Shown here piece by piece: positions 22,693-34,260 of a stretch of DNA of 64,000 nucleotides (position 1 is its first letter; every line of letters starts with the position of its first letter). The DNA lies in assembly GCF_006345805.1 (NCBI RefSeq), contig NC_043004.1, positions 75,082,001 through 75,146,000 of the forward strand, in the 5' to 3' direction. The DNA comes from Octopus sinensis. Lineage: Eukaryota. Made by a program: the position numbers and the translations under genes. The notes under the pieces were generated by a model, which was not told the DNA's origin, made no database searches, and saw nothing but the letters and a program-made list of their open reading frames with translations.

Positions 22693-25165
22693 AAGAAAAA
22701 ATTTGCCAATGTTCTGCGCCGTGAGGACCAAAGACTTGAGGTGTTTCGTGTTGCAAGACAGTGTGTGAGAGAGAATCGTGATGTGGTAGGAGAGAAGTGT
22801 GTTTGCATGGATGATGGTTCACTTGCGCTAAATGAGGATGCAAAGAGAGAGGTTTGGAGATGCCACTATGAAAGGTTGCTCAACAAAGAGAATGAATGGG
22901 ATAAAGAGAGTCTGCCGAATGTCGACCCAATAGAGGGACCAGCTATCCGAGTTGACAGTTCCATGGTAGTTAAGGCAATTGGAAGCATGAAGACAGGGAA
23001 AGCCCCAGGCCCATCAGGAATTACTGCTGAGATGCTCAAAATATCTGGCAGTGTTGGCTATAGCCTAGTCACCCGTATAGTTAACCAGGTGATACACGAA
23101 GGAGTCATACCCAATGACTGGTGTAGTAGCATAATAGTCAACTGCTACAAAGGTAAAGGTGACACCCTAGATACAAGTAATTACAGAGGTATCAAGTTGT
23201 TGGATCAGGTAATGAAGGTTACGGAAAGGGTCATAGCCCAACTGATTAGAGAGAGAGTCAACCTAGACGAGATGCAGTTTGGTTTCATGCCAGAGAAAAG
23301 CACCACTGATGCCATATTTCTGGTGAGACAGCTGCAGGAGAAATACCTAGCTAAAGATAAAACTCTGTACCTGGCTTTCGTTGACTTGGAGAAAGCCTTT
23401 GACAGGGTCCCCCGTTCCCTTATCTGGTGGTCAATGAAGAAACTAGGGATAGATGAATGGTTAGTGAGAGCTGTGCATGCCATGTACAAGGACGCTGTTA
23501 GTAAGGTGAGGGTTGGCAACGAGTACAGTGAAGAATTCCAGGTGGAGGTTGGGGTCCACCAAGGCTCAGTCCTCAGCCTCCTCCTATTTATCATAGTCCT
23601 CCAGGCAATAACGGAGGAATTCAAGACAGGATGCCCCTGGGAGCTCCTCTATGCTGATGATCTTGCTCTAATTGCTGAATCACTATCAGAACTCGAGGAG
23701 AAGTTTCAGGCATGGAAGCAAGGATTAGAATCGAAGGGCCTTAGAGTCAATCTAGCTAAAACCAAAGTCCTAATAAGTAGGAAGGTAGACAAATCTCAAA
23801 CGCCTTCAGGTAGATGGCCCTGCTCGATCTGTAGAAAAGGTGTAGGTAGGAACTCTATAAGATGCACCAAGTGTAAGCTATGGACACATAAGAGGTGCAG
23901 CAATGTCAAAGGAAGGCTAACTAGGAATATAGTTTTTGTATGTGGCAGATGCTCTGGTGCGATAAACACTGAAAGTGCACAGAGACCATCTTCTGCCACA
24001 TTCCAGGGAGAAAAACTAGAAATAGTTGATAGTTTCTGTTACCTAGGTGATCAAGTCAGTAGCGGGGGTGGGTGTGCCGAAAGTGTAACAGCTAGAGTAA
24101 GAATAGCCTGGGCAAAGTTCAGAGAGCTCTTACCTCTGCTGGTGACAAAAGGCCTCTCGCTGAGAGTAAAAGGCAGACTGTATGACGCATATGTGCGAAC
24201 AGCCATGCTACATGGCAGTGAAACATGGACCATGACTGCTGAGGATATGTGTAAGCTCGCAAGAAATGAAGCCAGTATGCTCCGATGGATGGGTAATGTC
24301 AGTGTTCATACCCGACAGTGTGTAAGTGCCTTGAGAGAAAAGTTGGACCAAAGAAGCATCAGATGTAGTGTGCAAGAGAGGCGTCTACGCTGGTATGGAC
24401 ACGTAGTAAGAATGGATGAAGATAGTTGTGTGAAAAAGTGTCACACCCTAGTGGTTGAGGGAACCTGTGGAAGAAGTAGACCCAGGAAAACCTGGGACGA
24501 GGTGGTGAAGAACGACCTTCGCTCTTTAGGTCTCACCGAGGAAATGACCAGAGACCGAGACCTTTGGAAGTATGGTGTGCGTGAAAAGACCCGGCAGGAC
24601 AAGTGAGGCCATAACCCATGGCCCCTACCTGGGACGTAGTCAGTCCACCTGTGCATACCTTCCTTCTTGGGACACATAACTTGTGAAGACCTGTTGAGGC
24701 AAGTGAAAATCAAAAATCAAAAATCAAAAATCAAAGAATCAAATCGAAATCGATCCACATCAATGGAATTTGTAGTTTTGTGGTACCAGTGCCGGTGGCA
24801 CATAAGAAAACCTTCCGAATGTGACCGTAGCCAGTACCGCATCGACTGGCCTCCGTGCTGGTGGCACGTAACAAACACCATCCGATCGTAGCCGTGCCAG
24901 CCCCGCCTGGCCTCCGTGCCGGTGGCACGTAAAAGACACCATCCAAGCGTGGCTGTTCGCCAGCTCGTCTGGCACCTGTGTTGGTGGCACATAAAAAGCA
25001 CCCACTACACTCACGGAGTGGATGGCATTAGGAAGGGCATCCAGCTGTAGAAACACTGCCAGATCTGACTGGCCTGGTGCAGCCTTCGGGCTTCCCAGAC
25101 CCCAGTTGAACCGTCCAACCCATGCTAGCATGGAAAGCGGACGTTAAACGATGATGATGATGATA
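22693..25165 (+). mobile_element. 5'-truncated RTE-clade LINE with uninterrupted RT ORF to its stop at 24606, 3' UTR and (GAT)n tail
   Basis: About 640 open codons with all RT motifs including ELLYADD and a C-terminal GRPRKTW; begins directly after a (TA)n tract; same family as 13303-16630. Confidence 0.95.
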
Positions 25166-25175
25166 TATATATATA

Positions 25176-26129
25176 TCTCTATATAAACGGCAGTTTGTCT
25201 GTCTGCGTGTCTGTATGTCTGTTAGGTTGTACCCTCACCCTGACCACGGCTTTCAACCGATTCTGATGAAACTTGACACACACATAGCCCAATGTCATAA
25301 TTCATAACTAACGCAGCGAAAATTTTGAAAAGTTCCCCCAGTTCTGAAAAAAATCGATAAATTCGACATGGGGTCGAGAATCAGAAACACAAACCACAGA
25401 CTGTCTAGGGGACGCAACTCGACCTTTTTAACTCTCAACTCCATCAATATCCAGCTACTTGAAGCTATTCCTGGTAATGTCCACGTCTACAAATCTATTG
25501 ATAGGACAGCAGACCCCGCCGAGCTTGCCGATTATCCTGTTGAATTCCTGAATTCACTTGAACTGCCAGGCCTGCCGCCACACATCCTGAAGTTAAAAGT
25601 CGGTGCGCCCATTATGCTCATCAGGAATTTGGTTCCACCTAAACAGTGCAACGGCACACGTCTGATTGTGAAACATTTGCCACCACATTTAATAACGGCC
25701 ACAATACTTACCGGTTGTGGGAAGGGAGAGGACGTCTTCATTCCACGCATGCATCTTCAACCATCAGGCGCTGACCTACCAATCCACTTCAGGCGTTCTC
25801 AGTTTCCTGTTAAACTCTGCTTCGCAATGTCCATCAATAAATCCCAAGGCCAAACGCTATAAGTCGCTGGGTTACAGTTGGGCAAACAGTGCTTTGTCCA
25901 CGGTCAACTCTACGTGGGCTGTTCACGCGTTGGGAGGTGCAATGATGTTTTCATGTTTTCGCCCAAAGGGACAGCTAGGAACATCGTATACACAGAAGTA
26001 TTCGAGTGAAGAGAAGACATTGCAACCTACACATGCGCCTTCGTTCCCTAGAGGAAAGGACTAGATTGGGATTAGTCGTTGCCTACTAGGGGCTCTTACA
26101 TACCCGGGCAACGCCGGGCTATGCTGCTA

Positions 26130-26130
<1 letters not shown>
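25176..26130 (+). mobile_element. Helitron derivative carrying a PIF1-helicase C-terminal fragment
   Basis: 5' TC, 3' hairpin cccgg(gcaacg)ccggg then CTAG, A/T insertion site. 25440-26009 encodes LPPHILKLKVGAPIMLIRNL...CNGTRL...FAMSINKSQGQTL*...HGQLYVGCSRV...NIVYTEVFE with one in-frame stop. Confidence 0.93.
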
Positions 26131-26164
<34 letters not shown>

Positions 26165-26540
26165 TATAAAAATTAGAAAAAACACCTTTTATCAATTCAA
26201 TAATGAAAAATTAAATTATACCATCTAGAAAATTACATATATGTTTTATCTTATATTTAATCTTTCTATAATATGTAATTTTCTAGATGGTAAAATTTAA
26301 TTTTTCTTTATTGAATTAATAAAAGGTGTTTTTTTCTAATTCATATATATATTATATTTTGTGAAATTTGATTCAGTATTTCTAAATTGAATTTTTCCCT
26401 GTAAGTTTGGAATAATATTCCCTCATATTATATATATATATATTTGAGGTTTGATAAAAAATATACAGGGCTGTTGCTATGGTAATGGAGCATGCAGAAT
26501 GATATCATACGGCACAGACTGAGCTTGAATTCTGTCTCAC

Positions 26541-26949
26541 ATGCACAGGAAGTTAAGATGTTCTCTCTCACTTCCGTTATTTATAGCAGAACTGGGAAGT
26601 GAAGTGTGTGGAGTGTGGCAGGGAAAATATGTGTGTCAGGGGAGAGAGACATGGCTTGAAGGTTATTACAGCCAAGAATCTTTCCAAATTACAAAACTCA
26701 AATTCCAGTTGAAAGGAAAATGATTTCAAGGTGTTGAGAAAATGCAAGAGAATGCAATGAGGTGGCTGCTTGCTATCTGGAAACCATGCTGCATAAGGGG
26801 ACCACTTTGAAGGGGACCACTTTGAAGGGGACTACTTTAAAGGGGACCACTTTGAAGAGAACCACTTTGAAGGAGATTAGATACCGAATTGGTAGGTGTT
26901 GTAGTTTTCTTTTTATAGCACCAGTCATCATACTTTTACATCAGACCTC

Positions 26950-26996
<47 letters not shown>

Positions 26997-27164
26997 TTTG
27001 AGGGAATATAATTCCTAACTCACAGGGAAAAATTCAATTTAGAAATACTAAGTCAAATTTCACAAAATATAATATATATATAAAAAAACTAGGAAAAAAC
27101 CACCTTTTATCAATTCAAAATGAACAATTAAATTACACCATCTAGAAAATTACATATTATAGAA

Positions 27165-27234
<70 letters not shown>

Positions 27235-27934
27235 TCATACACACACACATGTATGTATAGTTTTTAATGGCTGAACTTGAAGTAGATAAAGCTATAACAG
27301 AGAGCAAATATTCTTTTCTACTGCAGGCACAAAGCCTGAAATTTTTGGGGAGTGGGGGCCAGTCGATTAGATCGACCCCAGCACACAACTGGTACTTATT
27401 TATTGATCCCAAAAGGATGAAAGGCAAAGTTGACCATGGCGGAATTTGAACTCAGAACGTAAAGACAGATGAAATACCTATTTCTTTTATTACCCACAAG
27501 GGGCTAAATGCAGAGAGGACAAACAAGGACAGACAAATGGATTAAGTTGATTACATCGACCCCAGTGCATAACTGGTACTTAATTTATCGACTCCAAAAG
27601 GATGCACAGTAAGTTAAGATGTTCTCTCTCACTTCCGTTATTTATAGCAGAACTGGGAAGTGAAGTGTGTGGAGTGTGGCAGGGAAAATATGTGTGTCAG
27701 GGGAGAGAGACATGGCTTGAAGGTTATTACAGCCAAGAATCTTTCCAAATTCCAGTTGAAAGGAAAATGATTTCAAAGTGTTGAGAAAATGCAAGAGAAT
27801 GCAATGAGGTGGCTGCTTGCTATCTGGAAACCATGCTGCATAAGGGGACCACTTTAAGGAGATTAGATACCGAATGGTAGGTGTGGTAGTTTTCTTTTTA
27901 TAGCACCAGTCATCATACTTTTTCATCAGACCTC

Positions 27935-27972
<38 letters not shown>

Positions 27973-28310
27973 TCATACACACACACATATATGTATAGTT
28001 TTAATGGTGGAACTTGAAGTAGATAAAGCTATAACAAAGAGCAAATATTCATTTCTACTGTATGAACAAGGCCTGAACTTTTGAGGGAGTGGGGGCTAGT
28101 CGATTAGATCAACCCCAGTACACAACTGGTACTTAATTTATTGACCTCAAAAGGATGAAAGGTGAAGTTGACTTCAGCGGATTTGAACTCAGAACGTAAA
28201 GACAGATGAAATACAAGAGAGGACAAACAAGGACAGACAATCGGATTAAGTCGATTACATCGACCCCTGTGCATAACTGGTGCTTAATTTATCGACCCCA
28301 AAAGGATTAA
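26541..28310. repeat. Local tandem duplication (26541-27600 vs 27602-28310)
   Basis: Near-identical ORFs at 26541 and 27602 and a duplicated downstream SINE; copy 1 carries extra inserts. Confidence 0.85.
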
Positions 28311-29793
28311 AAGCAAAGCCAACCTCGGCGAAATTTGAACTCAGAAAATAAGGACAGATGAAATACTGCCAAGTATTTCACCCGGCATGCTAACGTTTCT
28401 GCCTGTTTGCCACTTACAGAGAATAAATACTGAGTTCAAAATCCCTTTCGATTGGGAAAAAGTTGAAGGACAGCCATGGGACTTGATCCACTTCTTCTGT
28501 AAATATGAAAGATGTTCTACCATTGTACCAAAGCAATCCTTCAAATTTTACCATCCATCTTAGAAGCTTTGTTCTTACCTGAGAGAACTGTTTACTGTTT
28601 AGGTCGTAAGAAACTTTGAGAGACATCAAAAATATATAAATATATAGGTGCAGGAGTGTGTGTAGTAAGAAATTTGCTTCCTAAGCACATGGTTCTGGGT
28701 TCAGCCCTACAGGAATGCTCTTTGGACTAGTGTCTTCTACTTTAGCCCTGGGCTGGCCAAAGCCTTGCGACTGGATTTGGTTGACAGAAACTGAAAGAAG
28801 CCCTTTATATGTGTGTGTGTGTATCCCTCCCACCACCTCTTGACAACTGGTGTTGGTGTACTTGCACCCCATAACTTAGCAGTTTGGCAAAAGAGAATGA
28901 TAGAATTAGCACCAGGCGTAACAGATAAAAAAAAGAAATTTTCAACCAAATTTCTTCAAAGCAGTGCCCCAGCATGGCCGTAGTCTAGTGACTGGAACAA
29001 GTAAAAGATATATACAATCCCTCTCACACATATATGCATATATTATACAACCAGAGCTGACCAATGAGTTCAGTAGACGGAAACTGTGTGGAAGCCTGTT
29101 GTATATGAGTGTGTGTGTGCATATGTGTGTGTGTGTGCATATGTGTGTGTGTGTGCATGTGTGTGTGCGTGTGTGCACTTGTGTGTGCATTGTTGTTTTC
29201 CTCATCATGACTTGACAATTGGTGTTAGTTCATTTGTGTCCCTGTAATACCCCAGCATGGCCACAGTCCAATAACTGCAACGAGTAAAACTAGAAGATAA
29301 TAGAATATAAAAGACAATCTCATGTTCCACCATTATTTTGTCTCTAGAATCTATTGAGGCAAAACCTATTGAGTCAAGTACGTCAACATCAAAATAAAAA
29401 TCAAATGGAAATTGTAGTTAAGACACCTGTGCTGGTGACACGTAAAAAGCACCGTCCAAACATGGCAGATGCCAGTGCCGCCTGACTGGTGTCCGTGTCA
29501 GTGACACATAAAAGCACCAATCGATCATGGCCGTTTGCCAGCTTGCTCTGGCCCCTGTGCTGGTGGCACGTAAAAAACACCCACTACACTCACGGAGTGG
29601 TTGGCGTTAGGAAGGGCATCCAGCTGTAGAAGCACTGCCAAATCAGACTAGAGCCTGGTGCAGCCTCCATGGTTTACCAGACCCCGGTCGAACCGTCCAA
29701 CCCATGCTAGCACGGAAAACGGACGTTAAATGATGATGATGAATCTCTGAAGAAAGAAAGCAAAAACAAAGAAAAAAATGATGGGACACTCAC

Positions 29794-29916
29794 AGCAAAC
29801 GGATTCTTTTTCATCTGAATTATCACGGCAATCGTTATCTCCATCACAAACCCATGAATTAAGGATGCATCGATGGTTGTCACAAGTGAAAAGGTCTGCT
29901 CCACATTCTGGATATT
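29794..29916 (-). CDS. LRP2: LRP2-like exon, LDL-A repeat 9
   Basis: [35 protein letters not shown]; tttcag/gtgag, 123 nt, phase 1-1. Confidence 0.95.
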
Positions 29917-31101
29917 CTGAAATCACAATCAATTTCAATAATTCATTTGGATTTTCATTTAACGATGTATATGTGTGTGTTACACAGTTTTCTTGAGTGT
30001 TGGGCCTCAGATGACTGAGACCTTTGGCAATCTGCTGTGCTTGAGAAGGAAGACTCATCAAGCCATATGAAATCATAGCCGTGGCAGATACTGGCCCTTG
30101 TGCCAGTGGCATATAAAAGCACTCATTGCCCTCTCAGAGTGGTTGGGGTTAAGCAGGGCATCCAGCCATAGAAACCATGCCAAATCAGACTGGAGTCTGG
30201 TGCAGCCACTCAGTTTACCAGCAACCGTCCGACCCATGCCAGCATGGACAACAGACGTTAAATGATGATGATGATGATCATTTACACCTGTTACTTAGCT
30301 TGTTACCAACAATGGTGTGACTATTAACACTGACTGTGTGGTTAAGAAGCTCACTTTGCAACCAGGTGGTCTCTGGTTCAGTCCCATACTGTGACACTTT
30401 GGACAAATGTCTTCTGCTATAATTTTGGGTAAACCAATGCCTTATGAGTGAATTTGCTTGATGGAAACTGTGGGGAAGCCCATCATGTGTGTGTCTGTGT
30501 CTGTGTTTGCCTATCACCACAGCCTAACAACTGGTGTTGGTCTTTTTATGTCCCTGTAACTTAGTGGTTTTGCAAAAGAGATCAATAGACTAAGAACCAG
30601 AGCTAACTGTTCCCCCACCCCACCCCATCAAGAAAAAAAGAAAAGAAACAGAACATAAATCCTTGGGTTGATTTGTATGACTAAAACCTTCAAAGTAGTC
30701 TTGATTGAAACCAGAGAAAGAGATAGAAACAAGCATTTCCCTGAACCCTTTAACATTCAAATTCAGTTGCAATTAATCGTTTTTCAATTAATTATGCATT
30801 GTCTTGTAGTTCTGAGGCTTTGATGATGTGATTGTTTATTTTTAGAATGACACAGTAGGGTAAGTGCAAGAGGCCAGATCTTGACAGTTTCAACATGAAA
30901 TTGAATATTTTGGGTTGGTCATGGCTGGATTAAATGCTAAACAGTAATTTCGTTTTTGTATTTGGTTTGCAAGATTCTTTATGTGAATTCCTGTGTTGAA
31001 GCATATTCTGTTGTGTCTGGGGAGAGTCATATTGTTGGTTCGTTAGTTACTGCATGCATTTTTTTTCTCTCCTTCTTTCTGCGTTTTTCTCTCTGTGTAT
31101 A

Positions 31102-31139
31102 TCTTTCTGTTGAAGTGCGTAGGTTCGAAACGTTAAAGA
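31102..31139 (+). ncRNA. Minimal hammerhead-like motif within a Penelope-like pLTR remnant (about 31040-31240)
   Basis: TCTTT-CTGTTGA-AGTGCGTAGGTTC-GAA-ACGT-T-AAAGA; palindromic ACGT stem III; core position 6 is U instead of A. Confidence 0.5.
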
Positions 31140-31368
31140 CTTGTTTTATTTATATTTCCTGAGCGCCATACTAATACAATTGTTTGTTTGTTTTCCACCT
31201 GCCTTCGTCTTTTGTCTATTTTCATAAAGCTTCCCATTATATATATTTTATATATTTGAATCGAATTGTACTTGGACTCAATAACTTTAATTTTTAAAGA
31301 AATGTCCCAACTTTTGGCCACACAGTATCCATATTAATATATATATATATGTATACAGAAGTACTTAC

Positions 31369-31626
31369 CACAATTGTCATGTTCATCAGAACGATCACCA
31401 CAATCGTCTTCACGATCACAAACAAATTTTGATAGAATGCAGCCACCATTTGCACACGCAAACTCATTATCATCACAGACATCTGGTGGACAAGACTGGC
31501 GTTCATCCTCTCCATCGGCACAGTTTTTATCTCCATCACATACAAATGTTTTTTTAATGCATGGGTAAATTCCAATATTGCGGTTATGCGTGCAGTTAAA
31601 TTCATCTGCAGCACATGCAATATTTC
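31369..31626 (-). CDS. LRP2: LRP2-like exon, LDL-A repeats 7 and 8
   Basis: Two 6-Cys repeats (CDGDKNCADGEDE; CDREDDCGDRSDE); tttcag/gtaag, 258 nt, phase 1-1. Confidence 0.95.
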
Positions 31627-31897
31627 CTGAAACACAAGTCAAGAGTAAATATTTTAATAAAGGAAAATAACATAAATTTTGGTTTGTTATAAAAAGCACC
31701 AACTGATCATGGCCATTGCCAGCCTCCCCTGGCACATAAAAAGCACCCACTACACTCATGGAGTGGTTGGCATTAGGAAGGGCATCAAGCTGTAGAAACA
31801 CTGCCAGATCAGACTAGAGCCTGGTGCAGCCTCCTGGCTTCCCAGACCCCTGTCGAATCGTCCAACCCATGCTAGCATGGAAAGCGGACATTAAACA

Positions 31898-31929
<32 letters not shown>

Positions 31930-32726
31930 ACAGGCATTTTCTGTGGATGGTGTCGATGTCTAAGTACATTTCAGTGACCCAAGTACTTAACTGGTACTTT
32001 CTTTCATCAGTCCTAGAAAGATGAAAACTAAAGTGGACTTTAGCAATATTGAAATCAGAACAAGGCTGTTGCCGTGAGTGTCACCGGCCAATCTCCATGG
32101 CAATGCCTTAGCAATTAAGTCTGCAAAGTGCAGTTAAACACACCATTTCTTCTTTGAAATCGCATGATAGTGTAAGCAAAACGGTACCATGCAAGCAGTG
32201 CTCTTTGTCTGAGAGATGTCTTCTGAGAGATATCTGGTCACGGGGAAATATTACCTTGCTTGGAAACAGGTAAGGGTTGATGACAGGAAGGGCGTCCAGT
32301 TGTATAAACTCTGCCTCATTTGAGCATGGAAAAGTGGATGTTAAACAATGATGATGATGGTGATGATGATGATGATGATGAAATATGCATGATTTCTAAC
32401 TAATATAATAAATGTAGTAAATATGACAATTTCACTCCAAGGGATTCAAGATAGCAAAAAAATACTTCAGCCTCTGAAAGGGACTAAGACTTGTCAGTGC
32501 TAAAAATTAATCCCTTTTTAATTATTGCAGTTAATGATTCACTCACAGATGCATGCCCATCTGCAATGAGAAGTATTTTATTATGAACCTGGAGCTTCTG
32601 AACTTTCCATCATTATTTATAAGAACATGTTATAGTGTTTTATTTTTATTTTCATTTTTATTATTATATAAATTATTGAATAGTTTTAGAAACACAACTT
32701 CTTTTTTTCTCAGAATATTGCATTGT

Positions 32727-33475
32727 AGCAAATTGCTGGGTCAGGCCATGAAAGTTTCAGAAAGGGTTGTATCTCAAGTAAGGGTCAACCTAGATGAGAT
32801 GCAGTTTGGTTTTGTGCCAGGGAGAAGCGCTTCTGGTGCTATTGTCTTAATAAGGCAACCGCAGAAGACACACTCAGTGAACTTAGTAACCTCTGTACTT
32901 GGTATTTGTTGACATGGAGAAAGCGTTTGACTAGGTACCTAGTCCCTTATCTGTTGGTCACGGCAGAAGCTAGGGGTAGATGACTGGGTGGTGAGAGCCA
33001 CCCAAGCCATGTAAAGGGATGCTGTCAGAAAAGTGAAAGTCAGTAACGAATATAGCAATGAATTTACTATGCAGGCAGGAGTTCACCACAGCTCAGTTCT
33101 TTGACCCCTCTTGTTTATCGTAGCCCTCCAGGCCATAACAGAGGTATTCAAGACTTGTTACCTATGGTTACTTCTCTATTTTAATGGCCTCGTTCTTATA
33201 GTTGAATCTATAGTAGAATGATAGAAAGATATTTGGGTAAGGAAGCAAGGCCTGTGATCCAAGATCCTTAGCGTTAATAAAGACCAAAGTATTAGTAAGT
33301 GGGAAAACAGACAAATCCCTAATCCCTTCTGGAAATGACTCTGCTTGATATGTAGAAAAGGTGTTGGTAGAAATTCCATACAGTGTACCCAGTGCAAGCT
33401 ATAAACACATAGGAGGTGCAGCGGCATAGCAGGTAGGTTAACAGAGGAAGCAGTCTTTGTGTGGGGTAGATGTAG
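32727..33475 (+). mobile_element. Degraded RTE LINE RT fragment
   Basis: KLLGQAMKVSERV...LDEMQFGFVPGRS; colinear with 23190-23950 but with many stops. Confidence 0.85.
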
Positions 33476-33613
33476 TAGGGTCGGCTGAAAAGTTCTCAGG
33501 CTGACCAAGATACTCTCATGGAACATGACCGACTCCCGTTGGACATAACAAACTTTGTTTTTTTTTATATATATTAATGAAGATAAAGGAAAGTAAGACA
33601 ATCAGTGACTTAC

Positions 33614-33739
33614 GACAATCAATCGCTTCATCCGAACCATCAGAGCAATCATTTTCTCCATCGCACATCCAGGCTTTATAGATGCATCCTCCTGAGCCGC
33701 ATGCAAACATGTGGCTGGCGCACGTTAAATTCACATGAC
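33614..33739 (-). CDS. LRP2: LRP2-like exon, LDL-A repeat 6
   Basis: [34 protein letters not shown]; tttcag/gtaag, 126 nt, phase 1-1. Confidence 0.95.
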
Positions 33740-33925
33740 CTGAAATAAACAACTGCACAGATTTTATATAAAATTTCATTGGGCAGAAAAAATAATGTCC
33801 ATTGTTGCCTTAACGTCTTTTAAAGAGGAGGAATCACTTTATTTGAGGAGTTTTGATGTATTCATCACATTTGATGCCCATTTAAATACAACGTTACAGC
33901 CTGTATATTATTACATTAATGTGAA

Positions 33926-34260
33926 GGTGCATGGCTCAGTGGTTAGAGCATCGAGCTTATGATCGTGAGGTTGTGAGCTTGAATCCCGGACTGGGCTGCG
34001 TGTTGTGTTCTTGAGCAAGACACTTTATTTCATGTTGCTCCAGTTCACTCAGCTATAGAAATGGGTTGCGATTTCACAGGTGCCAAGTTCTATCGGCCGT
34101 TGCCTTTTCCTTGGATAACACTGGTAGCGTGGAGAGAGGAGACCGGTATGCATGGGTGACTGCTGGTCTTCCATAAACAACCTTGCCTGGACTTGTGCCA
34201 GGGAGGGTAGCTTTCTAGGTGCAATCCCATGGTCTGTGTCGTGACTGAAGGGGGTCTCAG
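33926..34260 (+). mobile_element. tRNA-derived SINE (similar copies at about 36686, 46597-46920 minus, 60017-60330)
   Basis: A-box tggctcagtggttagagc, B-box-like gcttgaatccc, shared gtgttcttgagcaagacactttattt core. Confidence 0.8.

Noticed and set aside
33926-34000. tRNA gene
   Set aside because: A/B boxes are present but continue into a multi-copy SINE body, with no proper cloverleaf or acceptor stem.
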